This document shows positions 10,855 to 20,190 of a stretch of DNA of 64,000 nucleotides, piece by piece. Both the position numbers and the translations under genes were made by a program. The DNA comes from Deltaproteobacteria bacterium. Lineage in GTDB: Bacteria; Myxococcota_A; Polyangia; GCA-2747355; JADLHG01. Under the pieces are notes generated by a model. The model searched no databases, was not told the origin of the DNA, and saw only the letters and a program-made list of their open reading frames with translations. The stretch's first letter is position 1, and each line of letters begins with the position of its first letter. Location of the stretch: contig JADLHG010000005.1 in NCBI GenBank assembly GCA_020848905.1, positions 3,423 through 67,422 of the forward strand. The letters are read 5' to 3'.

Positions 10855-11474
10855 GGCGCGCGCCGGCGCTGGCCCTCGCGCCCCTCGCCCTCCTGCCGCT
10901 CCCCGCCGCGGCTCGACCGCTCCTCGAGCTGCCGCTCCGCGTGCGCGTGGCCGAGTGCGCCGGTCAGGCCGTGAAGCCACCCGGCTGGATCGCCGCCCAC
11001 GTGGCTGCCGCAAATCAGGTCTTGCGCCCCCACGGGGTGCGGCTGGCGGCGCGACTGGACCGCTTCCGGCCTCCGCGCTGCGGCCTGACGGACAGGGACG
11101 ATCGCCACGCCCTCGCCCGCTTCGTCGACCCGCAGGAGGTGACGGTGCTGGTGCTCGAGCGCGTGCGCGACCTGGACCTGACGACCTACGATCTGATGGG
11201 CGTGCACTGGCGCTACGAGGGGTCCGACGCCGCCCTCGCGGGTCGCCGGTGGATCTTCCTCACGGCCCGCGCCGAGCCGCCCGTCCTGGCCCACGAACTC
11301 GGACACTACCTCGGCCTCGCGCACGACCCGCGCGGCGGCAACCTGATGACTCCCGGACCCTCGGCCCCGATCTGGCGCCGCCCGGGGAGAAAGCCCCTCC
11401 CCTTCGCGCCGCGCTTCACCGCGGCCCAGGGTCGCCGCGTGCGCAAGGCGGTGGCCGCGCTGCTCGGCCGCTGA
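10851..11474 (+). CDS. small secreted metzincin-like zinc peptidase (HExxHxxGxxHD)
   Basis: GTG start overlaps the M23 stop (GTGA). N-terminal signal peptide 'RRAPALALAPLALLPLPAAA'. Zinc motif 'HELGHYLGLAHD'. Confidence 0.65.
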   Translation: MRRAPALALAPLALLPLPAAARPLLELPLRVRVAECAGQAVKPPGWIAAHVAAANQVLRPHGVRLAARLDRFRPPRCGLTDRDDRHALARFVDPQEVTVLVLERVRDLDLTTYDLMGVHWRYEGSDAALAGRRWIFLTARAEPPVLAHELGHYLGLAHDPRGGNLMTPGPSAPIWRRPGRKPLPFAPRFTAAQGRRVRKAVAALLGR

Positions 11475-11668
11475 CTGACCTGGCACCCTGCGGACCGGTC
11501 AGCGGAGACGCCACCTCGAGCCCCCCGAGGAGCCGTTTTCAGCACTTGTTGTAAGCAAGATCCATAACTTACACGGCATCTTGGCGTGGCATGGGCAGTG
11601 CAAACGGGAGGCGTCAGTCCGCAGCCGCGCCGGCGCGCACGCGCGCCGACGCCAGGAGGAGGTCGTTC

Positions 11669-12544
11669 ATGAGCCGTCACGCCGTCGCATGCCTCGGGAT
11701 CTCCGCCTGCCTCCTGGCAGGCGCCACGAGCACCGCCTGGGCCGCCGACAGGACTCGCGCCGTAGCGGACGCCCGCGTGGTTCGGGACTACGGCAACATC
11801 CGGCGCTACGTCGGCAAGCTCGGCAGCGGCCGGATGAGCCACGAAGCCAAGCAGCGCTTCCTCGCTACCGTCGAGGTCCTCTACAAGAACCGGGACGGCT
11901 CGTTCAAGGATCGCGACCACGCCCCGACCGTGCGCTTCGCGGGCGGCTCCGGGATCGGCCTGATGGGGATGCTGAAGAAGATCGTCTTCGGCGCACCGAG
12001 CAAGATGGAGATCTCCTCGCACGAGAACCGCGTGCGCGCCGAGGGACCGTTCCCCGCCTTCATCGGCACGGAGCCCCAGATGGCCGCGGTCGACGGAACG
12101 CTCGCGCAGCTCGCCGAGCGCGTGGGTCGCGCGGCCGCTCCGGATCAGCGCTCGCGCATGGGCCTCGTCATCGGCGATGCCCTTCGCGCGGCTCGCGTGA
12201 ACGGTCCTCTCGCCGGGCTGGCGGCCGCCTACGCCACGGCCGCGACGATTCGCTCCACCCAGGACGGCGCCTCCCTCATCGGCGTCATCGAGGTGCAGGA
12301 TGCCGGTCGTCGCGGGGCGCTCGGCGCCGCGATGAAGGTCCTCGAGCGCGAGCATCGCGGCTTCGTGGACCCGAAGGCCGCGCTCACCGTGGTCGAGACG
12401 ACCTGGCTGTGGAAGAACACCGCCATCGGACGGCCCAGCATCGGCACTCAGGACGTGACCCTGAAGGACGGCACCACGCACTCCACCTTCCAGTACTACA
12501 GTGCCGGCGCGGACGGCGCGCTCTTCTGGACGAACGGCCGCTGA
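11669..12544 (+). CDS. secreted hypothetical protein
   Basis: ATG follows AGGAGGA. Signal peptide 'MSRHAVACLGISACLLAGATSTAWAAD'. GC3-rich frame; no family recognised. Confidence 0.55.
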   Translation: MSRHAVACLGISACLLAGATSTAWAADRTRAVADARVVRDYGNIRRYVGKLGSGRMSHEAKQRFLATVEVLYKNRDGSFKDRDHAPTVRFAGGSGIGLMGMLKKIVFGAPSKMEISSHENRVRAEGPFPAFIGTEPQMAAVDGTLAQLAERVGRAAAPDQRSRMGLVIGDALRAARVNGPLAGLAAAYATAATIRSTQDGASLIGVIEVQDAGRRGALGAAMKVLEREHRGFVDPKAALTVVETTWLWKNTAIGRPSIGTQDVTLKDGTTHSTFQYYSAGADGALFWTNGR

Positions 12545-12562
12545 CCCCCCGGCCACGCCCCC

Positions 12563-13885
12563 TCAGAGCAGGATCAGCTCGATCCCCGAGAACATACCAA
12601 AGACGTGTCCCCCGACGTCGCTCCCCTGCACCGAGCGCGTCACGTACCAGAGCTCCTGTACCGAGAGGTCGAGGTGGAGCCAGCCCGGGATGACCCCCCA
12701 GGGGCGCAGGAAGCTCGCGCGCGCGCCGAGCGCGAAGGTGTGGCGGTCGCAGTCGTAGGTCGGCAGGTCGGTCGATCGGATCGGCGAGCGCTCGAAGGAG
12801 TACCCCGCGCGCCCCGTGAGCCACGAGACGAGCTTGTACTCGGCACCGACGCGCGGGACGAGCATGTCGGTCCAGCGGATCTGCGGCTTGAGCGGGTCGA
12901 GGAGCTTCGCGTTGGGGCCGAGGAAGAGCCGGAGCCCGGGGTCCTTGGCGAGCTGCTCGATGTCGAGCGAGATCTTGGGGTACGGGATCTCGAAGTTGGT
13001 GTAGTCCACCCAGGTCAGATCGGCCGAGACGAGGAGCCGCCGCCCGCGATACGACACCCCGAGGCTGACCTGCTGCGGATGGTACTTCGAACGGATCGTC
13101 GCCTTCGCCTTGACGGGCATGTTGATCTTCGTCGTGTCGGAGACCGAGAGCCGCGTGTACAGATCGAGGGGGAGCTCGACGGAGACGAACTGCGGACCGC
13201 GGTAGGTCGCGCCGATGCGGAAGCGCCCGAGGAAGGCCATCGCCCCGCCGGTGAAGAAGGCGTCGGTCGGCACGTCGGCGTTCATCCAGGCTTCGAGCCG
13301 CAGGTCGGGGTCGGCCGCGCCTCCCCCTCCGCCACCCGGCTGGAAGGGGGCGTAGAAGCTGACCGCGCCGTAGACCGCTCCGGCGAGCTGGAGTCCGGCG
13401 CCGAACGCCAGCCAGCGCAGGGGTCGCCACGGAACGCGGCCCCCGAAACCCACGCGCAGCTGAAAGACCTGCACCGCCGAGTCGTACATCACGAAGTAGG
13501 GCTCGCTCTTCTGATAGAGCCGCGACTCGAAGAGCTTGCCGGTGGGCAGGTTCAGCGAGAAGCCGAAGGCCAGGTACTCCTTGAGTCGGCCCGAGAGGGG
13601 CAAGCCGAGGTGCAGGTAGGTCGAGGTCTCGGTGGGCATCCCGACGCTCGCCCCGTTCTCGACGAGCCGCGGAGCCCCGAGGAGAAAGCCCGCCCCGATG
13701 GTCATCCCCTGGAGCTGCACCAGCCCGGCGGGGTTGTAGTAGAGCGCCGCGACGTCCTCGGCCACGGCGGTGTACGCGCCCCCGAGCCCCATCGAGCGCG
13801 GGTGCATGCCGAAGTGGCTCGCCAGGTCGGCCCGGGCGGTATGGGCCGCGAAGAGCAGCCCCAGAACGACGGGTACACGACGCAC
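12563..13885 (-). CDS. outer-membrane transport protein of the FadL/OMPP1/TodX family
   Basis: Family N-terminal motif 'GLGGAYTAVAEDVAALYYNPAGL'. GTG start at 13885 is preceded by AGGGAGG, and the signal peptide is 'RRVPVVLGLLFAAHTARA'. Confidence 0.8.
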   Translation of the reverse strand: MRRVPVVLGLLFAAHTARADLASHFGMHPRSMGLGGAYTAVAEDVAALYYNPAGLVQLQGMTIGAGFLLGAPRLVENGASVGMPTETSTYLHLGLPLSGRLKEYLAFGFSLNLPTGKLFESRLYQKSEPYFVMYDSAVQVFQLRVGFGGRVPWRPLRWLAFGAGLQLAGAVYGAVSFYAPFQPGGGGGGAADPDLRLEAWMNADVPTDAFFTGGAMAFLGRFRIGATYRGPQFVSVELPLDLYTRLSVSDTTKINMPVKAKATIRSKYHPQQVSLGVSYRGRRLLVSADLTWVDYTNFEIPYPKISLDIEQLAKDPGLRLFLGPNAKLLDPLKPQIRWTDMLVPRVGAEYKLVSWLTGRAGYSFERSPIRSTDLPTYDCDRHTFALGARASFLRPWGVIPGWLHLDLSVQELWYVTRSVQGSDVGGHVFGMFSGIELILL

Positions 13886-13896
13886 GGGAACCTCCC

Positions 13897-14643
13897 TCAC
13901 TTGCCCTTGGCGGGTACGTACTGGACCTCGTCGCTGAGCTCGCTCTGCGTCGCTCGACGAAAGGCCTGTACGGCGAAGTAATAGGTGCGGCCCGGAACCA
14001 GGCCTTGCAGACGAAGTCGCGGGCGCATGGCCGGCGTCGGAGAGGGGACGTCGCCCGCGTCGGTGTAGCTCGGTACCCGATCCAGACACCAGGCCTCGGG
14101 GACCTCGAGCGGCGACGCGGCGGGCATACCGGGCAGTCGCCCCGGCTGCGCAGCGGAGCTGTCCTTCGCTCCCGCATCCCGGGGTGTTCCATCGGAGCGA
14201 GCGTCGCTTGCACCGAGGTCCACGCGGCCATCGCGCGCTCCGCCGTCCTGCGACCGCCCGTCGCGCGACGTGCCGTCTCGGGGTCCCGCGTCGCGCGGGC
14301 CGTCCGGCAGCCGCAGATCGGCCGCGATGGTCGTCGTGGGGCCGATGCTGCCGTCGAAGTCGCCGCAGCCCGTCGGCCACGCTACCCAGGAGAGTCCGCG
14401 CCCCTCGTAGGGGACCCCCGCGCGATCGTCGTCGAAATGCAGCCGATAGCCGTCCACGCGCACCACGAGCTTCCAGGAGAGCTCCACCGTTCCCGGCGCC
14501 GCCCCTACGACCGGCGCCACCACCAGCTCCGTGGGTTTGGGCAAGGGGATCGTCTCGCTGCATCCCGCGATCCCGACGAGCGCGAGCAAGACCGCGCCTC
14601 CGGCTGCCTCGCGAGCTCCCCCGCTTGCTGCGTGTCTTTTCAT
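13897..14643 (-). CDS. hypothetical lipoprotein, co-oriented immediately upstream of the FadL-family gene
   Basis: Signal peptide with lipobox 'LLALVGIAGCS'. The stop is 12 nt before the FadL-family start. Confidence 0.55.
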   Translation of the reverse strand: MKRHAASGGAREAAGGAVLLALVGIAGCSETIPLPKPTELVVAPVVGAAPGTVELSWKLVVRVDGYRLHFDDDRAGVPYEGRGLSWVAWPTGCGDFDGSIGPTTTIAADLRLPDGPRDAGPRDGTSRDGRSQDGGARDGRVDLGASDARSDGTPRDAGAKDSSAAQPGRLPGMPAASPLEVPEAWCLDRVPSYTDAGDVPSPTPAMRPRLRLQGLVPGRTYYFAVQAFRRATQSELSDEVQYVPAKGK

Positions 14644-14680
14644 GCGACGTGCTCGTTCCAGGCCGCGAAGGCCCTCTGTC

Positions 14681-16597
14681 CTATTTCACCTGGCGAAGCG
14701 CGAGCTGATACCGCCCCGCCCCGTCGGCTCCATCCACCACGACGAAGTACGGCCCGGGCTTGGGCGAGGGGACCGACAGCACGAGCGGGGCCCCGGCCGC
14801 GCCGACCTTGCACGCGAGCTCGGTCTTTCTGTCGGCGCAGCTCCCCTGACGCACGTAGGCCACCGGCGCGAAGCCGACGGCGTTCACCGTCACCTCGAGC
14901 GCCTTGAGCCCGGCGGTCTCCAGCCGATAGAGGTGCACGCGCTCGCCGCGCTGGCCGCCCCCGCAGCTCCCCGCGAGGGCCGACGCCGCCTCGAGCGTCC
15001 CCGTGGCGAAGCCCCGCGAGGCGTCCACGCCGAAGATCCCCTTGCCGCACACGTCCGGGTAGAGCGATTGCGCGAGCCAGGGGCTGGCCCGCAGGATGCG
15101 CACCTGCCCCTCGGTGAGGCTGAGCGGGTCGCTCGTCGGAAAGAAAGGAAACATCAGGTTCCGGTAGTCCGGGCAGTCCTTGATCTGCGTCCCGGTCGGA
15201 CAGCTCGGCGTGTCGCTCACGGGGTCGCTCGCGCCGTTCGACTCGGTCGTGTGCCAGAGCCCGAGGAAGTGTCCGACCTCGTGCGCGGCGAGCGTCCCGG
15301 TCCCCTGCGGCGTCCCCTGCTTCTTGAGCACGATCCCGCTCCCCGGCCCGCCGAAGACTCCGGGGGCGCCGGGGATCCCCCCCGCGAAGCCCCCCGCGAA
15401 GGTCAGGTTCCCGACGAGGTAGAGGTTCACCGACAGGCCGCGCGGCCCGGGCTTCGAGTACTTGGAGCAGATGGCCTGCGCCTGCGCGCCGCTCGACACC
15501 TCGTTCTCCGCCGCCGTGAGGTCGCCGTAGGAGACCTCTCCGAGCGCGAGGCCGGCGAGCTGTCGGTAGAGCTGATCGAAGCGCGACAGGAGCTGCTGCA
15601 CCTGCGGGTCGCTCTCGGCCGTGGCGGCCTTGAGCCCCGTGCTCGGGGCGAAGTGCAGCGCCAGGTCCACCGTTCCTCCGTCGAGGAGCCGCGGTCTGAG
15701 CACCACCGCCACGCGCTCGAGCTGTCCGGCGACCGGCGCGAGCTTGTCCGGCTGCGCCGGGTCGTAGGTGGCGAAGGTGGCCTGGTAGCGCCCGGCTCGC
15801 AGCTGGGCCTTCGGGTGGTCCGTCCCGGGGACGAGCACCGTGCCGACGCTCACGTCGATCGACGGCCGCGCGAGCGACTGGGCCGCGTTCTCGGCATCCA
15901 CCACCACCGTGCCGTCGGGCCCCACGAGCCTCTTCACCGCCACCCGCAGCCCCTGCTTGTCCTCGCCGAAGAGGATGAAGGCGCCGTGGCGCGCACTCAC
16001 CTCGAAGGTCACGGGAGCGCTCCCGCCGACGGGCGTCGGCACCGCGCCGAGCTCCAGCACCTCGCCCGAGGTCGAGAAGCGGCAGAGGCCCGCCCTGACG
16101 GTCAGCTGACTGCGCGTGACGGTTCGCTGCTCGCAGAGCCCCGGCTCCGGACAGGTCCCGCAGGCCTCCGTGCAGCGCCCTCCCTCGCAGAGGCCGCTCG
16201 CGCACTGGGCGTCGCCCGCACACGCCTCGTCGAGAAAACGCTCGCCCGGCGTCCCCTTCTGGCAGACGAAGCGCAGCGTCTTCTCCGCGGACCCCTGCAC
16301 CGGCGACGGAAGACAGAGTCGCCCCTCACCACAGCTCGCGCTCGCCTCGCACGCGAGCAGGCAGACCTTCCCCGCCCCGACGTCCCCGCAGAGCTTCGTC
16401 TTGCACGCCGCGTCCCCCGCGCAGCTCTTCCCCTCGTCGAGGAGCTCGCTCGGCGCGACGCAGCGCCCGTCGGCGGCGCAGATCGCCGGGGCCTGGCACT
16501 GCTCGTTCGTCGTGCACCGCTGCCCGCTCGGCGTCTCGCCGCAGCCGAGGAGGAGGAGTATCGCGCCGCAGGTCGCGAGCCGTGGGAGGAACGTCAC
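14681..16597 (-). CDS. secreted zinc metalloprotease lipoprotein with a Cys-rich N-terminal region
   Basis: Zincin motif 'HEVGHFLGLWHTTE'. Lipobox 'AILLLLGCGE'. The N-terminal ~150 aa are Cys-rich repeats (EGF-like CxxxC spacing). GTG start overlaps the upstream stop (GTGA). Confidence 0.7.
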   Translation of the reverse strand: MTFLPRLATCGAILLLLGCGETPSGQRCTTNEQCQAPAICAADGRCVAPSELLDEGKSCAGDAACKTKLCGDVGAGKVCLLACEASASCGEGRLCLPSPVQGSAEKTLRFVCQKGTPGERFLDEACAGDAQCASGLCEGGRCTEACGTCPEPGLCEQRTVTRSQLTVRAGLCRFSTSGEVLELGAVPTPVGGSAPVTFEVSARHGAFILFGEDKQGLRVAVKRLVGPDGTVVVDAENAAQSLARPSIDVSVGTVLVPGTDHPKAQLRAGRYQATFATYDPAQPDKLAPVAGQLERVAVVLRPRLLDGGTVDLALHFAPSTGLKAATAESDPQVQQLLSRFDQLYRQLAGLALGEVSYGDLTAAENEVSSGAQAQAICSKYSKPGPRGLSVNLYLVGNLTFAGGFAGGIPGAPGVFGGPGSGIVLKKQGTPQGTGTLAAHEVGHFLGLWHTTESNGASDPVSDTPSCPTGTQIKDCPDYRNLMFPFFPTSDPLSLTEGQVRILRASPWLAQSLYPDVCGKGIFGVDASRGFATGTLEAASALAGSCGGGQRGERVHLYRLETAGLKALEVTVNAVGFAPVAYVRQGSCADRKTELACKVGAAGAPLVLSVPSPKPGPYFVVVDGADGAGRYQLALRQVK

Positions 16598-17544
16598 GAC
16601 TGGATCGACGGAGAGGACGTGCGCTTCATGACCTTGTCGCCGCCCTTGAGGTGCGCCGCCTTCAGGGCCGCCGTGGCGTTGCGGATGAGCTTCGAGAAGG
16701 TCAGGTCGTCCCCTGCCGTGACGCCCGCGATCCCCACGCTCGCGGTGAGCTGGGCCGTCCCGTGCTCGCCCCGATAGGTGATGCGCTTGATGCGCCGCTT
16801 GATGCGCCGCCCGACCTCCACCGCGCCGTCCAGCTCGGTGTGCGGCAGGAAGACGAGGATCTTGTCGTCGGCGTAGTGGATCGGCAGATCGATGACCCGG
16901 ATCGACTGGGCGATGGCCACCGCGAGCCCGGCGGTGATCTCGCGCTGCAGCTCGGAGGGCCGGTCGGGCTGGCCCTCGGCGGTGGGGTCGAGTCCGACGA
17001 GCAGCACGGAGAGCGGATACCCGTAGCGCTTGGCCCGCCGCACCTCCACCACGAGCAGGTCCTTGATCTCGTCGAAGCGCCGGAAGCCGGTGCGCGTGTT
17101 GGCCGGCGCCGCGCGCGAGGCCTGGGCCTGCACGAGCACGAGCGACTGCTCGGCCTGCGCGAGCTTGTTGCGCGTCGCGATCAGCGTCTTGCCGAGGGTG
17201 ACGAAAGCCTCGAGCGCTCGCGGGTCGAGCGGCTGCCTGAGCACCGCGTCGGCCCCCATCTCCTCCTGGGCCGCCGCGGGCGCGCTCTCGTCCTCGGCCA
17301 CGAGCACCGCCAGCGGAGCCCGCAGGTTCGTGAAGTCCCGCACGTAGCGCGCGAGCTCGATCCCCGCCGCGCTCTGCGCCACGACCAGCGCCTCGAGGCG
17401 CCCCTCCTCCTCCAGCATGCCCGTAGCCTCTTCGATCGTGGCCGCGGGCAGCGGGACGCACCCGGCCTTCTCCACCACCTGCACGTGTCGCTTCAGCGCC
17501 GCCGCTACGGAATCGAAAATGAAGACGCCAGGCCCGGTTGCCAT
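16594..17544 (-). CDS. receiver-like domain protein with a degenerate GGDEF domain (GGDEF replaced by YADDK)
   Basis: The GGDEF-domain core 'RYGYPLSVLLVGLD...IRVIDLPIHYADDKILVFLP' lacks the GG(D/E)EF residues. The N-terminal CheY-like region has no clear phospho-acceptor. Confidence 0.7.
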   Translation of the reverse strand: MATGPGVFIFDSVAAALKRHVQVVEKAGCVPLPAATIEEATGMLEEEGRLEALVVAQSAAGIELARYVRDFTNLRAPLAVLVAEDESAPAAAQEEMGADAVLRQPLDPRALEAFVTLGKTLIATRNKLAQAEQSLVLVQAQASRAAPANTRTGFRRFDEIKDLLVVEVRRAKRYGYPLSVLLVGLDPTAEGQPDRPSELQREITAGLAVAIAQSIRVIDLPIHYADDKILVFLPHTELDGAVEVGRRIKRRIKRITYRGEHGTAQLTASVGIAGVTAGDDLTFSKLIRNATAALKAAHLKGGDKVMKRTSSPSIQS

Positions 17545-17650
17545 GGGCACCCCACCACGCAAACTGCCCTTTTAGCCCCGCCTCCCGGGGCGGTCAAGGC
17601 CCGCGAAGACCGAACACCAAGGCAGCGGCGACCGGGCGAGGTCGATACCC

Positions 17651-18583
17651 TCACCCTGGCGTCTGGTACGGCATCTTCGCCCAGTAGGCGTAGAAGCCGT
17701 CGTCCGCCTTCCTCCAGCCGGCCGCCACCTCCGGCAGGTTCTCCTCGAGCCACCGCACGAAGTGCGGCCGGGTTCCGTCTGCGTCGTTGACGCCGTACTC
17801 CTCGGCGAGGTCCCAAGACGCGAACACCCGACCATTCTTCTGCGCCACGTCCGGGTCACCGGCGAGGGCAGCTACGCACCGGCCGACGAAGAGCGGCGTC
17901 TCCGAGGCGATGAACTCCTTCACCTTCGTCGCGGCGTCGCGCCAGTTCGCTTCGGTGACGCCGAAGTGATCGAGCATCCACTCCGAGCGGAGGAAGCCCG
18001 GCGTCACGGCCACCGCGGGGATGCCGCGCTCCTTCAGCTCCTGCGAGAGCGCGAAGGCCATGCGGATGACCGTGGTCTTCACGAGGTCGTAGAAGAAGTG
18101 CCCCCGGTAGAAGAAGGCGTCGCCGTCGGTGATCTCGACGACGAGACCGCCCGGCCGCAGGCGCGGCAGCCCGTAGTAGCTAGTGATGATGTGCGTCTTG
18201 ATCGCGCGGTCGATGAGCAGGAGACCATCCTCGAGCTTCGTCTCCCAGAGCTTCTTGCCCCACTCGACGAGATCGTCGCCGCCCCAGATGTCGTTCACGA
18301 GGATGTCGAACTCGCCGACGCGCTCGAACAGACTCGCAACCTCTGCCGGAACCGTGTGGTCGACCCGGAGGGCGATCCCGCGGCCGCCACGCGCGGTCAC
18401 GAGCTCGGCCGTCTCGTTGATCGTCTCCGGACGGTTCCTCATGCCCGGGCTGCCGGGAACGCTCCGGCCGGTGCAGTAGACCGTCGCCCCAGCCTCACCG
18501 AGTGCGGTGGCGATCCCACGCCCGGCTCCGCGGGTCGCGCCGGCGACGACGGCAACCTTCCCTTCGAGGTGCAAGGAGGTCAT
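17651..18583 (-). CDS. SDR-family oxidoreductase
   Basis: Rossmann motif 'GKVAVVAGATRGAGRGIA' in a 310-aa protein. ATG at 18583 overlaps the xseA stop (ATGA). The long upstream extension of this ORF in the six-frame track is a GC-driven artefact. Confidence 0.8.
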   Translation of the reverse strand: MTSLHLEGKVAVVAGATRGAGRGIATALGEAGATVYCTGRSVPGSPGMRNRPETINETAELVTARGGRGIALRVDHTVPAEVASLFERVGEFDILVNDIWGGDDLVEWGKKLWETKLEDGLLLIDRAIKTHIITSYYGLPRLRPGGLVVEITDGDAFFYRGHFFYDLVKTTVIRMAFALSQELKERGIPAVAVTPGFLRSEWMLDHFGVTEANWRDAATKVKEFIASETPLFVGRCVAALAGDPDVAQKNGRVFASWDLAEEYGVNDADGTRPHFVRWLEENLPEVAAGWRKADDGFYAYWAKMPYQTPG

Positions 18584-20178
18584 GTGTCCGCGCCAGCCCC
18601 CTCGTCCTCGTCGGCCGCATGGACCTCCGTCACCGTGCAACCCAGTCGACCTCGGTGCAGCCGCACCGTCAGCGCTTCCCCCACCGCCAGCGAACCGGCC
18701 TCGCGCACCACAGTGCCTCGCGCATCCTGCACCACGCTGTAGCCGCGCCCGAGCACGGCGAGGGGACTCAGCGCGTCCAGACTCGCCGCGAGCTGGCCGA
18801 GGCGCCGCCGACGGGGCTCGAGCAGTCTTTCCCCCATGAGCTCCAGCGCCGCGACGAGCTGCTCGAGGCGTCTCCGGCGCGGCTCGAGCGCGCGTTCGGC
18901 CGCGGCCTCGAGGCGCGCCGCGACCTCCACCAGCGTCGCGCGGTCCCGGGCGAGTCGCACCCGCGGCTGCTGCGCCTCGAGCCGCAGACGCAGGCCCCCG
19001 AGCTCCCCCTTCTGCCGCGCGAGGCGGCGGGTGAGCAGCGTCTCGAGCCGCCCCGCGAGCTCGTCGAGGAGCTGTCGCTCGCGATTCAGTCGCTGCGCCG
19101 GAGTGCCGAGCCGCCGCAGCGCCCGCTCGAGCGCGAAGTTCGCGTCCGTCAGGCGCTGGCGCAGCGCGCGCCCGAGGCGCACCCCCAGGACCTCGAGCTG
19201 CGCCTCGAGCTCCGCGAGCACCGGCACCGCCATCTCCGCCGCCGCCGACGGCGTGGGGGCCCGCAGGTCGGCCACCCAGTCGGAGATGGTCACGTCCACC
19301 TCGTGCCCCACCGCCGAGATGCACGGGGTGCGCAGCGCGAAGATCGCGCGCGCCACCTCCTCGGTGTTGAAGGCCCAGAGGTCCTCGAGGCTCCCCCCAC
19401 CGCGCCCGCAGATGATGAGGTCCGCGCCGAGCGCATCCGCGCGCCCGAGCGCCGCCACGAGCTCGGCCGGCGCCTCGACCCCCTGCACGGCCGTCGGGCA
19501 GACCACCACCCGCACCGGGCAGCGCGTGTGCAGGACGCGCAGGATGTCCTGCAGCGCCGCTCCCGTCGGCGAGGTGACCACCGCGATGGTCCGCGGCAGG
19601 AGCGGCAGGGGCTTCTTGTGCCGCGCCTCGAAGAGCCCCTCGGCCTCGAGCCGCCGCTTGAGCTGCTCGAAGGCCAGCTGGAGCGCACCGAGTCCGCACG
19701 GCTCCGCCAGGTCCGCTAGGAGCTGAAACTTCCCCTGCGCCTCGTAGATGCTGAGCCTCCCGCGGAGCCTCAGGCTCTGGCCGTCCTCGAGCTTGAAACG
19801 CAGCCGCGAGATCGCCGACCGGAACATGGTCACCGAGAGCTGCGCCCCCGCGTCCTTCAGGGTGAAGTAGGCGTGCCCCGAGCTCGGCACGCGCAGGTTC
19901 GAGACCTCCCCCTCGACCCAGACCTGCGGGTACTCGCGCTCGAGCTGCCGCGAGACGCGCTGCACGAGCTCGCTGACGGTGTAGATGTGCGGCTCGGCTG
20001 GCGCCTCCACGGGCTCGGCTTGGACCGCGACGACCTCGGAGTGCGCCTCCACGGGCTCGGCTGGCGCGACCGCCGGCGCCGAGAGCTCCGGCGACGGCAC
20101 CCTCACCCGCTCGAACCCGAACGCGCCCTGCGCCGGTCCCTCGGAGTCCGCCCCCTTGCCGCGCCCCCGCCCCGCCAT
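18580..20178 (-). CDS. xseA: exodeoxyribonuclease VII large subunit
   Basis: An OB-fold N-terminal region 'IYTVSELVQRVSRQLEREYPQVWVEGEVSN' is followed by the catalytic region and a C-terminal coiled coil. Confidence 0.9.
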   Translation of the reverse strand: MAGRGRGKGADSEGPAQGAFGFERVRVPSPELSAPAVAPAEPVEAHSEVVAVQAEPVEAPAEPHIYTVSELVQRVSRQLEREYPQVWVEGEVSNLRVPSSGHAYFTLKDAGAQLSVTMFRSAISRLRFKLEDGQSLRLRGRLSIYEAQGKFQLLADLAEPCGLGALQLAFEQLKRRLEAEGLFEARHKKPLPLLPRTIAVVTSPTGAALQDILRVLHTRCPVRVVVCPTAVQGVEAPAELVAALGRADALGADLIICGRGGGSLEDLWAFNTEEVARAIFALRTPCISAVGHEVDVTISDWVADLRAPTPSAAAEMAVPVLAELEAQLEVLGVRLGRALRQRLTDANFALERALRRLGTPAQRLNRERQLLDELAGRLETLLTRRLARQKGELGGLRLRLEAQQPRVRLARDRATLVEVAARLEAAAERALEPRRRRLEQLVAALELMGERLLEPRRRRLGQLAASLDALSPLAVLGRGYSVVQDARGTVVREAGSLAVGEALTVRLHRGRLGCTVTEVHAADEDEGAGADT

Positions 20179-20190
20179 CGTCCGGACGCC

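Noticed and set aside
12384-14231. 615-aa minus-strand ORF and 458-aa plus-strand ORF overlapping the FadL-family gene
   Set aside because: The frame 12563..13885 (-) carries the FadL-family NPAGL motif and a signal peptide. The others are R/G/P-rich artefacts.
14531-16777. 748-aa + strand ORF and 527-aa - strand ORF across the metalloprotease gene
   Set aside because: HEVGHFLGLWH, the lipobox and Cys-repeat logic are found only in the 14681..16597 (-) frame.
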